Assembly (NCBI GenBank): GCA_020184695.1
Contig: JAANOX010000205.1
Location: 868,001-932,000, forward strand
Source of the DNA: Histomonas meleagridis 2922-C6/04-290x
Taxonomy: Eukaryota; Protista; Parabasalia
Length of the DNA: 64,000 nucleotides
Reading direction: 5' to 3'
Below the pieces are notes generated by a model that was given only the letters and a program-made list of their open reading frames with translations, was not told the DNA's origin and searched no databases. Of the stretch, positions 20,301 to 28,833 are shown piece by piece; within the stretch, counting starts at the first letter, position 1, and every line of letters begins with the position of its first letter. The position numbers and the translations under genes are program-made.

Positions 20301-21360
20301 TCATTTCTTTGGTATTCCTATGATTTGTAACTAATTCAAAGAAATCATAAATCTTTGATTTAACATATTCTTGTTGAATATTCTCAATCATTACTAAAGT
20401 TGAATGGTGACGACGATTCTCTTTCTCAGTATCAATAAATTCGATGATATCATCAAATTTCATAAAACCTTTCTTAACGGTTTTTGTCAATACTTTATAA
20501 ACGGTTCCCATTTCCTTACATGCATCATCTTTAAGTCTGTTTTTAAGGACATCAATCATGTTTGAAACAGCACCAAAGTTATCGTTTGTTACCCAATCAA
20601 GATAATGATAAAGAATTTTAAGAGAAGGTTTGTAATCTGACCCTTCACCTGGGGTAATGGCTGCTTCAATACGTGGAACAATTAACTTTTCATCAAAGGT
20701 ATAATTACGATCAAGTCGTTTGAAGATTTGTGATATAAATTGTAACTTGCCATATGATAAAATTATATTTACAAGTTTGGTGGGATTCTTTTTGGTGAGA
20801 TTAATGGATAAATCAACAAGATCAGAGGTGGTAGCAATAGTAAGAAAACCAATGACATCATCTTCTGTTGACTTTTCAACATAGAAATCAATTGCTGAGG
20901 TTGGAATCTCTTTAATACCTTCAACGTTACAGGAGAAAATGAGTGATGAAAGTAATGGAAGATGTTCTTCTCGACGTTGAGGATTAATCCTTTCCAAGAA
21001 ATAACCTAATGAAGTTGCAAGATAACCATAAGCACCTTGAGGAAGCTTGCTTTTGCTAAGTGAAGTTATCATACTTAAAAGGAAATTTGGGCAAAATGCA
21101 ATAGCAAGACCAAAATAATGATGAAGATATCCAGATAAAGCCTCTGTAAATTCAGTGCAAGAATGTTGACATAATGGAAGTAATCTCATGATAACGACAT
21201 CTATGATCTTTGGTGCAAATTTTTTTGATGTGCTTACAAAATAAATTGGCTTAATATTTGAATCAAGAAGGTCAAGTGTTTCAATTGCCTTTTTATATTG
21301 TTTCATCCCAAGAAATCGATAAATTTCGGAAAGATTGTTGTTTATGATTAGAGAGTCCAT
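17341..21360 (-). CDS. Large hypothetical alpha-helical (solenoid-like) protein, 1339 aa
   Basis: Uninterrupted 4-kb ATG-initiated ORF; no motif recognised. Confidence 0.85.
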   Translation of the reverse strand: MDSLIINNNLSEIYRFLGMKQYKKAIETLDLLDSNIKPIYFVSTSKKFAPKIIDVVIMRLLPLCQHSCTEFTEALSGYLHHYFGLAIAFCPNFLLSMITSLSKSKLPQGAYGYLATSLGYFLERINPQRREEHLPLLSSLIFSCNVEGIKEIPTSAIDFYVEKSTEDDVIGFLTIATTSDLVDLSINLTKKNPTKLVNIILSYGKLQFISQIFKRLDRNYTFDEKLIVPRIEAAITPGEGSDYKPSLKILYHYLDWVTNDNFGAVSNMIDVLKNRLKDDACKEMGTVYKVLTKTVKKGFMKFDDIIEFIDTEKENRRHHSTLVMIENIQQEYVKSKIYDFFELVTNHRNTKEMTLLIKCYIKNYQILKEIDENKFEYIFRKIINPLPNNVKNNYLLTKLLATLPFNDKYTTIIDRIIYDLINNYRTEEQNKYLKEIIKKYKVELQIFKFDFFGEYFYLNIELLPSLPLIILNNLLTANIFKPQNLGQLLEKITEKAEENAPLIYNTILSTTLTCLNKMGLFDKKKDLSRNKIHVSFDKSNNLINQWDIRLMFKETSYSIPESNLGKVLKSLIDSIIILKKYLSLDENHILTLMFVSKQIVQVFPSQAGKLMSSLCSDLHKLDSISPLSNNCKSLALRFQEGFFKPQISYSDCSSIAKAAHDSFGSSSSLLLCKSHIMIAVAEDPECAKLYSSSLEQPLPLMPTFLYFREEKHQQWAQQCKEHFKFNDWIIYPKDYRLIDSLPENINPNELDEKHLLIYNKINDPNTNINEEQQQQNVIESRPIVPRNYKFKQDIEIKEGLNIAYEEPTLYKTISYLWYSKKPLPEDITIDKLQEFSLNNSNDLRIIIGFLSFAIRNNIEINIEEWTKRIKINENDENTFMAASLLLRNYHPNENEEVPKYLKEFIDNILYIIGIYDTTPGNMIEYYIHNSGVKWYFVYNVICIYRNQYTEYDSLIISDIESPVDQQNLITNIIQKLSTKATNDVYIRILNSFSSALMYSSSEYKLTKLLPSIINYHHKVLTIKDTTIIRTPLILGTTNIDSLLSSLNKQDEISYQMIQLSLSLAMTDEQLKKIYRITRKQYKMSPDYFRVILTSPSDIDETQPIRRLLAGSPPSYLRGLFRSFYRHNKGVIHSYMKSVIDVYTNDLIDKSIYPSFCYKPLGKIGMLPWDKANVIEKLRIRLCDLKTLMTAHGQMNLPIKENIEIAETLTEFSKRELFLTKSWPTIEEMKMDFVCLLLEAAASSEASLCFANDAMEVAAKMVPLVKIAKHISTKQFVNSGNFANVYFMFGKAEDIAQDMQEVVDICEQFRWEGSYLPGKEAMRDLFKQKTRDAVKKILEL

Positions 21361-21475
21361 GTCAAATGAAGTGTTAATTAAAAGGTTTACACTATCGATC
21401 AGAATTATATTGAAAAAGTTTTATGTTAAATCACAGTTAACGTCTTCACAACAATTTTCATATATTTTTTTTTAT

Positions 21476-24115
21476 TTATTGTAATAGTAATGATATTCGT
21501 ATACGAATTTCTTCAGGTATTTGATCAAATATACCCATTTCTTGTGTAACATTTTTGAATAACTGAAGTTCATCTACAGAATCAAATGGAATTATAATAC
21601 TTGGATCTAATACAGGCACATGTATTATCTCCATATCTTCTTCTTCCATTCCATCCATATCTTCTTCTTCATTGAATCCGATATTTTTCATTTCTTCTTT
21701 TTGTTTATTTATATATTCTCTGTTTTCAATAATCGGTTGTAGAAGTTGAATAGTAGCTTGAAAAGCTAATTGATTTTGTGACTTAATTAAATATGTTAAA
21801 CCAATGAAACAAATTTTTAAGTCTCGATACATTTCGAAACATTGAGGTGTTGAGTTTTGAATCCATTTCATTATTATTTCAGGTGGTATTACTTGGACAA
21901 AACTACCATTAGTTACATGTAAAGCAGATGTTAAAATATGTACACATCCAACTAAAATAAAGTCTGAAATTTCATTATTCATTGTAACCATTGCAATATT
22001 TGCTAATTCTAAAAATGGTTCTCCTTTTGCTTGTATTATAACACCGAAAATTGCTAATGAAGTTACAATAATACTTTCTTCTTGACTTTTGAATGTTATT
22101 AATAAATTACAAGTATTAATTATTAATTGTAATAAATTAATATCATTACAATAAGGAATTAAAGCACAAAATATTTCTGCAAATTCGGAAATTAAATAAT
22201 GGAAATCATCATTATTTTGCATGATTTCACAACAAAATGGTATAAGTGCAAATGCTTCATTTGGTGGAGGAGAACATTTCTTACATAATGTACCACATAA
22301 TTTAATAATATTATCAATTGAACCAGAATTTGGAAATTCATTTATCGATTGCATACAAAAACTAAGAATTGGTTGAATTATATTCGATAAGAATTGAATT
22401 GGTTGATTATTTATAATTAAATCGATACTATATATTAAATCTGATGCAGCTACTTGTTGTTCTTCTGTTAAATTTTCATTACTATCAGAATACATAATCT
22501 CTCTAAATTGATTTATGATTTGCTCAATTAAAGCTTGTGAATATGGTGCCATTTCATTAGGGAATTTATCAGCTAATGTTTGAAGTAATCCGCCAATAGA
22601 TGAATGATCAATAACTTTCGATAATTCTAATACGATTTGTATTAAATGAACAAAATTAATATTACCTAAATCACAAAATTGTAATGCTTGATCAATCAAT
22701 TGTATACATAAAACTTTATGAACAACAAAATTAGAATTTGCTAATATAGAAAATGATATATCTCTAATTTGTTCATATGCCTTTACATGAAGATTATATA
22801 ATAAATAAAGTATAGAAGATATAATAATTGGTTGTTGTTGTGTATTTAATAAACCTATAATTTGTTCAAATACAAAATTCTTAATTTTTCGTTTGGATTT
22901 ACAAAAGCTAATTAAATATAAACATGCTTCAAGATATGTATCTGATTTTCCTGAAACATTCATTAGAATTGGAATGATTTCAAAGTTCAGTGGCATTGAA
23001 AATACTACGCGAGCACAACAATTTCGCACCATTAATGGTACATCTTCTTCTGTTCCAAGAGCAAATGCTAAATAATGTGAAGGCATTGATACAAAATCTT
23101 CAACATCACTTTGTACAAGTGTACAACATGGAACTAATATTTGTTCAACAAATTGATTCGTACAAATGTTTTCACAATATATCTTTTTATAAAGAATTCC
23201 GAATATAAAATACATCATATGTGTAATTACTTTATCGATTGAGGCATTACGTGCATTTTGGAATGTAGAATAACATTCATAAACAGATCTAACAATTAAT
23301 GGAATAAAATTATCTCTAAAAATATTAAAATATATCATCCGATTTTCATCGTCAGATTTTACATTAACATATTTAACAATTTGGGAAAATAATTGATAAA
23401 TCTTACGTTTCATAGTCAAGCATTGATCTGAAATTGATGGATATGATAAAAGAGTTATTAAAATTTGAATAACTTTTGTACTAAAATCAAGGCGGAGACC
23501 GTTTGAAAGAAGCTTTATTAATTTTTTGAAAATACGACTTATTGATTCAAATATAAAAAAATGTTCTTCTTTAACCTCTGTAATTGAACTTATAAGGGTT
23601 TGAAAAATAGGGAAGAAAGCTTCACTAAAGATATCTGTTCGATTTATTTTATCATGTTGAGGGATAGAAATAATACTGGACCACATAGTAAGAATTTTAA
23701 GAGAAACACTAATGTTATCTAAGCTTGGATTATTTTGAATCATTGTGACTGAATAATTAACAAAAGATTCACACTGAAGTTGATCAAATCGTATAATAAT
23801 TTTTAAACATTCAATGATATGTTGCCTAGCTTCACGAGAAATGCTAAATGCAAGTTTACAAAGATAATCTTGAACATTTAAAACTAATTCTGGTGAATAT
23901 AAATTTTGTCCCCATGTCTTTCTTATGTCATCTACAAGTACAAGACAAACGGATTGAAGCATGTGAATATCATTTTTAACTTCTTCATTTGAAAGAATTT
24001 GAAGCAATGAAATTAAAAATTGTGGATTCCCCATATTTTCAAGCAAAAAAGTACGAGCAGGATTACTTACATTTGGATCTGGAGATGTATAAAGCTTAAA
24101 AACTTCTAAATTCAT
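21476..24115 (-). CDS. Importin-beta superfamily (importin-7/8/11-like) HEAT protein
   Basis: IBN_N-like N-terminus (YTSPDPNVSNPARTFL...LLQIL...KTW), FVSMPSHYL..E..P..RNCC, acidic C-terminal loop. First ATG is at 24115 (track starts at GTG 24142). Confidence 0.7.
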   Translation of the reverse strand: MNLEVFKLYTSPDPNVSNPARTFLLENMGNPQFLISLLQILSNEEVKNDIHMLQSVCLVLVDDIRKTWGQNLYSPELVLNVQDYLCKLAFSISREARQHIIECLKIIIRFDQLQCESFVNYSVTMIQNNPSLDNISVSLKILTMWSSIISIPQHDKINRTDIFSEAFFPIFQTLISSITEVKEEHFFIFESISRIFKKLIKLLSNGLRLDFSTKVIQILITLLSYPSISDQCLTMKRKIYQLFSQIVKYVNVKSDDENRMIYFNIFRDNFIPLIVRSVYECYSTFQNARNASIDKVITHMMYFIFGILYKKIYCENICTNQFVEQILVPCCTLVQSDVEDFVSMPSHYLAFALGTEEDVPLMVRNCCARVVFSMPLNFEIIPILMNVSGKSDTYLEACLYLISFCKSKRKIKNFVFEQIIGLLNTQQQPIIISSILYLLYNLHVKAYEQIRDISFSILANSNFVVHKVLCIQLIDQALQFCDLGNINFVHLIQIVLELSKVIDHSSIGGLLQTLADKFPNEMAPYSQALIEQIINQFREIMYSDSNENLTEEQQVAASDLIYSIDLIINNQPIQFLSNIIQPILSFCMQSINEFPNSGSIDNIIKLCGTLCKKCSPPPNEAFALIPFCCEIMQNNDDFHYLISEFAEIFCALIPYCNDINLLQLIINTCNLLITFKSQEESIIVTSLAIFGVIIQAKGEPFLELANIAMVTMNNEISDFILVGCVHILTSALHVTNGSFVQVIPPEIIMKWIQNSTPQCFEMYRDLKICFIGLTYLIKSQNQLAFQATIQLLQPIIENREYINKQKEEMKNIGFNEEEDMDGMEEEDMEIIHVPVLDPSIIIPFDSVDELQLFKNVTQEMGIFDQIPEEIRIRISLLLQ

Positions 24116-24240
24116 TTTGCTTTGGTCAAAATCCAACCACACGCCACTTTTCCTATAATTCTATATAATAAAAGATGTCAATGTTGTTTTTATTCAAATT
24201 TATTTTTGTCGATGTTAATATTTAAATTCCACCAGATGAA

Positions 24241-26970
24241 ATGAGCGAAATTATCAAGGTTCCAGAATCGGTTTTAACAGATGTCTTTAATGTTTTTCAA
24301 TATTTAAGCACCCTTATAGGAGTTACTTTACCAAACGTTTTTAATACTGCCGTTCATTTCTTTAGTTCAATATATAATGAAAACTTTACAGATGAAAGCA
24401 TTGTATTTAATAGTATAGCAGCATTTCATTTAAGTGCTAAAACCCATGATATAAATATTTCATATTCAAATGTTGTAAAAAATTCAGAACAGAATCTTAA
24501 ATTTCTCATTGATCAATATCAAAATCAAAATACTCCTATGTCTGTTCAAGCTCAGAAATTAAAAAATTTTGGTGATTTAAAAGATATCATTTCATTTGTT
24601 AGACTTTTTCCCGATATTCCACCATCTATCAGCCAAAACATTATTGAGGAGTACCTTTTTAAAGGTCTAATCCAATGTGAGAACGATATTATTTATGCAC
24701 TTGATTTTAATTTCGAAAGAGAATCAACGAATCGCCTTCTTGAGTTCTATTTATTTCGTATTCTCAATTGGCATTTGTATAAAGTTATATCGAGGGACAC
24801 TTTTTCTGAAGTATATGATGAAATGTTTCGAATATCGCATAAAATATTAGAAGCATTAATGAAACATATTTTCTTTTACAAGCATCGCGCAAGTGTAATG
24901 TGTTTATCTGTGATCATTAAAGCCTTTTCCGAACGTGACATTGAATTTAGTTATCCTAATCCTCGATATCGATGGTATTACTTTTTAAATCCAACTTTTA
25001 CACAAAAGGAAATCGAAAATTGTCTCAAAGAAATCAATGAATATACTAAAGACATTAAAATTGATGAAAGTCGGCAAATTGTTTCAATGGAGACAATGCA
25101 TAGTTGGCAAATCTTCCCATTAGAAATCGATGAATCTGAAGAACCAACACTTGCGCCACCTCCGCCGCTTCTGATCTTTGATGGAATGCCCGAAGATACA
25201 TTCACTGATCTATGGAATTATTTTGAGCCTTTATATCCACCGCCAGATGAGCCAATACTTGATGAGATTAGTAATACTTTTGTTGGCAACATAAATATGG
25301 ATAATGTTAACTTATATAGTAATAATAATATGAAAATGAATCGAATCGTCGACCAAAGAAATTTCTTCGATAAATTAAGAAGTGAAACAATTCATAAGGA
25401 ATTACAGAAAGAAGAAAAAGTTAGCGAAAAAATCGAAATTAATAATAACGAAAAACCTGAAGTTCGAGAAAACGTTTCGATTAGTGAATTCATGAAACCA
25501 CGCGCAAAAAGACGTGCATTATTACCGAGTATTGATGACGAAGAAGAGGAACAGAACGAAATCGAAACAGTATCGCAAAAAGACAACAATGAAGAAATTA
25601 ATCAATTTGATAATATCGAAACAGTATCGCAAAAAGACAACAATGAAGAAATTAATCAATTTGATAATATCAAAACACTACAAAAAGATAACAATGAAGA
25701 AATTAATCAATTTGATAATATCGAAACACTACAAAAAGATAACAATGAAGAAATTAATCAAATTAATGTTTTGTCTCAAAGTGATGCAATAGAACCAGAG
25801 CTCGAAAGCGAGTTGGAGTCATTAAGTGATGATAACATTGAAGAATCGGAATTTTTACATAAGTTCAAAATGTTTATTGGTTACGAACATTTAAACGAAG
25901 AAAATGTTAACGAAAATATTCAAATTTTAATGTTTATTAAGGATGAAATAAAAAATTTGATTAAAGGAGGAAACGAATACACTAAAAATGATAACAATAA
26001 AATATATAAATATATGAGTAAATGCAAAAATGAAAAAGAATATGGAAAATTTGTACATAAATTAATTGAACTTTATAAGAAGTTCTTTAAGGTTTCGAAA
26101 GATAAAAATAGAACAAAATCAAAAGTTCAAAAGAAAACTAAAAAAGAAGAAAAGTTATACAAAAAGGAAAAAGAATTCACAAATGAAATAAAAGAGAAAA
26201 ATTCACACAAAACGAAAAACGAAAAAGAAAAACAAAAAGATAATTCGCAAATTAAAAATAAAACTAAAGAAAAAAGAGAATCGCCAACTGAACGTTGGAA
26301 TTATTTACAAAGAAATGAGCAAAACAAAAACGCAAAGAAATTTATTCAAGAAAATGAACGAGTAATTAAAGAAGATAAAACTTTACTTGAAAATATTATT
26401 AGACAAGAAGAAAACAATTTTCGTAAGAATGAAAAAATTAAACAAAAAGAAAATGAACGAGTAATTAAAGAAGATAAAACTTCACGCGAAAATATTATTA
26501 AACAAGAAGAAAACAATTTTCGTAAAAATGAAAAAATTAAACAAAAAGAAAACAATTTACGTAAAAATGAAAAAGTTATTAAAGAAGAAAATGAAAACAA
26601 AGAAAAAATTATCCAAAAAGATGAAAACAATTTACGTGAAAATGGAAATATAATTAAAGAAGAAAACAATTTACTTAAAAATGAAAAAATTATCCAAAAA
26701 GAAGAAGAAAAAGAGCAAAAACAAAAAATCGCTAAAGCAGAAGAAAGTGGAAAACTTGTTCCAAATGAAGAAATTCCACATAAATATTCACAAAGTGAAA
26801 CGAATGATAAAAATGAACAAATCGAAACGACGAATCACAAAAATGAAATTAATGCAAATGTGCAAAACGAAGAGAAAAGTCAAACAAATGAAAACACAGA
26901 AGAAAGTGATGATGAAATCGACATGTTGATAATACCAAAGGTCAGAAGAAGAAGGCGACCGAATCGATGA
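24241..26970 (+). CDS. Cyclin-fold protein (transcriptional cyclin-like) with long charged repetitive tail
   Basis: Cyclin-box-like IAAFHLSAKTHD, ENDIIYALDFNF and KHRASVMCLSVI; C-terminal basic RRRRRPNR. Confidence 0.6.
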   Translation: MSEIIKVPESVLTDVFNVFQYLSTLIGVTLPNVFNTAVHFFSSIYNENFTDESIVFNSIAAFHLSAKTHDINISYSNVVKNSEQNLKFLIDQYQNQNTPMSVQAQKLKNFGDLKDIISFVRLFPDIPPSISQNIIEEYLFKGLIQCENDIIYALDFNFERESTNRLLEFYLFRILNWHLYKVISRDTFSEVYDEMFRISHKILEALMKHIFFYKHRASVMCLSVIIKAFSERDIEFSYPNPRYRWYYFLNPTFTQKEIENCLKEINEYTKDIKIDESRQIVSMETMHSWQIFPLEIDESEEPTLAPPPPLLIFDGMPEDTFTDLWNYFEPLYPPPDEPILDEISNTFVGNINMDNVNLYSNNNMKMNRIVDQRNFFDKLRSETIHKELQKEEKVSEKIEINNNEKPEVRENVSISEFMKPRAKRRALLPSIDDEEEEQNEIETVSQKDNNEEINQFDNIETVSQKDNNEEINQFDNIKTLQKDNNEEINQFDNIETLQKDNNEEINQINVLSQSDAIEPELESELESLSDDNIEESEFLHKFKMFIGYEHLNEENVNENIQILMFIKDEIKNLIKGGNEYTKNDNNKIYKYMSKCKNEKEYGKFVHKLIELYKKFFKVSKDKNRTKSKVQKKTKKEEKLYKKEKEFTNEIKEKNSHKTKNEKEKQKDNSQIKNKTKEKRESPTERWNYLQRNEQNKNAKKFIQENERVIKEDKTLLENIIRQEENNFRKNEKIKQKENERVIKEDKTSRENIIKQEENNFRKNEKIKQKENNLRKNEKVIKEENENKEKIIQKDENNLRENGNIIKEENNLLKNEKIIQKEEEKEQKQKIAKAEESGKLVPNEEIPHKYSQSETNDKNEQIETTNHKNEINANVQNEEKSQTNENTEESDDEIDMLIIPKVRRRRRPNR
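25561..25762 (+). repeat. Coding tandem repeat (IETVSQKDNNEEINQFDN)x4, 54/51-bp units
   Basis: Near-identical nucleotide units read directly. Confidence 0.9.
26350..26550 (+). repeat. Coding tandem repeat, 99-bp (33 aa) unit x2 followed by degenerate copies
   Basis: ENERVIKEDKT..ENII.QEENNFRKNEKIKQK is duplicated. Confidence 0.85.
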
Positions 26971-27397
26971 AAACATATTTAAATAGAAATTTATGTAATA
27001 ATGAATCGATAATAAAACTCTATAATTAAATATTTCATTTTTTTCTGATAAGGAATTAAAATGTTCTCAAATAAATTTTCTTTGGTTATTCTTAATTTAT
27101 CATTAGTAATTAATTTTATGTATTTTGGAATCAATCTTTTTCTTATTTTTTCATATTAGGCTGATTACATTCAGAAAGCTTTCACAAACTTTTACATATA
27201 TTCATTACCAAAAGAAACATTATTTAAAAAACATTCTTCCAATTTTTAAAATATTATGATCAACTTATGTCTTATGCAATGAAAAACAGACACCAGCACT
27301 TTGTTTTTTGACTTTTTTTTGACATTTTTTCCCGACACTTTATGGCATTTTTTTTTAATGATGGCATTTGTTGCAACTCAAAATATTCGGTTGTGAT

Positions 27398-28474
27398 ATG
27401 AAATCATTACTTTTTATGTTAACATTTTTATTTTTTAATTTAGCTTCAAGTGTCACATATAAATCTGTTTTTTATGGATTTAACGCATTGCAATACTATT
27501 CTTGGGAAGATAATTTTCGAGATTTTTCAACTTTTATCGAAGGTGATGATTATTATACAAAATTATGTAATGATGCAATTGAAGCCGTTTCTGGTTATGT
27601 ATATCAATCCCTACCTGATGCAAAATCTAAAGGGTATTTATCTGATTTTGCAGAAAATTATGAAATACTTGAAGTTGGTTTTGAAATTGACGCTACCATT
27701 GATATATCAAACGTAGCTAACAAACTTACTGTGCTTCAAGGCAATATAGGTATTACTTCACCCATAACTAATATTTCCATGTCACTTCCTTATGTTATAG
27801 TTATTGGGAAAGTTAGATTTATTGATAGCATTACCTTTAATACTTTGTTTATAGATACTGATCAATGTCAAGTAGATAACGAAATTACAGCAAATAACTT
27901 CATTTCAACACGAGTTGATCAACTAGAAAATTCAAAAATAAATGCAACAAATAAAATATTTCAAATCACAAATGTTGATAACATTACATTTCATGAAAAT
28001 GATGTTTCTGTAGGCAATGTTGTCCTTTCAAATAACTTATCTTTGATGGTTTCGCCATATGTATATAAACAAAGAATTATTGATTTTATTCTTCCAAATG
28101 ATGTAACTCAACCAAGATCATTAAAAATTTATTTTGATGACCTAACAATGAGGCAATATATCGAAATATATTATAATACATTTAATATATATTATTATCG
28201 TGAAAATCATCATGTGAGAAATTCAACAATAGGATTCAATTTCATAGGAAATTGGGAAAATGTACAAAACTTTGATCTAAAACTTTATGTCTCTGATATA
28301 GATAAACCATTCATTGATACTTCAGGAATACCAAGAAACATAAATTACACAATTGAAAATGATCCATTATTTAATTTAACAACGGGATATGTACAAAGTG
28401 ATGGTTTCAGAGCGAGAAGTGTTACATCACTGATACTTATTGCATTTCTCATGGTCACAATGATGATATTCTAA
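27398..28474 (+). CDS. Hypothetical surface protein (signal peptide + C-terminal hydrophobic anchor)
   Basis: MKSLLFMLTFLFFNLASS leader; the protein ends VTSLILIAFLMVTMMIF; first ATG is at 27398. Confidence 0.75.
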   Translation: MKSLLFMLTFLFFNLASSVTYKSVFYGFNALQYYSWEDNFRDFSTFIEGDDYYTKLCNDAIEAVSGYVYQSLPDAKSKGYLSDFAENYEILEVGFEIDATIDISNVANKLTVLQGNIGITSPITNISMSLPYVIVIGKVRFIDSITFNTLFIDTDQCQVDNEITANNFISTRVDQLENSKINATNKIFQITNVDNITFHENDVSVGNVVLSNNLSLMVSPYVYKQRIIDFILPNDVTQPRSLKIYFDDLTMRQYIEIYYNTFNIYYYRENHHVRNSTIGFNFIGNWENVQNFDLKLYVSDIDKPFIDTSGIPRNINYTIENDPLFNLTTGYVQSDGFRARSVTSLILIAFLMVTMMIF

Positions 28475-28833
28475 AGAATATCTTCTTCTAAGATTTTTTT
28501 TTTTTTTTTTTAGACAACTGAATATTGTCTATTTAAGGATTAACAAATTTGTGTTAGATGAAACAAAATATAAGTATAAACAACTCACTAGAACAACATT
28601 TTAAATATCAAAAACAGATTTCGATTATGAAATTCGAGTCTTTACTATTAATTCTATTTCGTTTTATATGATTGACTTAATGAATTAAACGAAATAAAGA
28701 CTGCATGAAGCAATTAATATTATAATCCAAATTAGGCAAATTAAAAAAATTATTTTCTATTTCGTTTTATATGTTCGAAGAAAACAAATAAAAGAAAATT
28801 TATTCAGAACAGTACTTTATTTATTATATATTT

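Noticed and set aside
25392-26976. Antisense and alternative-frame ORFs over the cyclin-like gene
   Set aside because: By-products of A-rich tandem repeats
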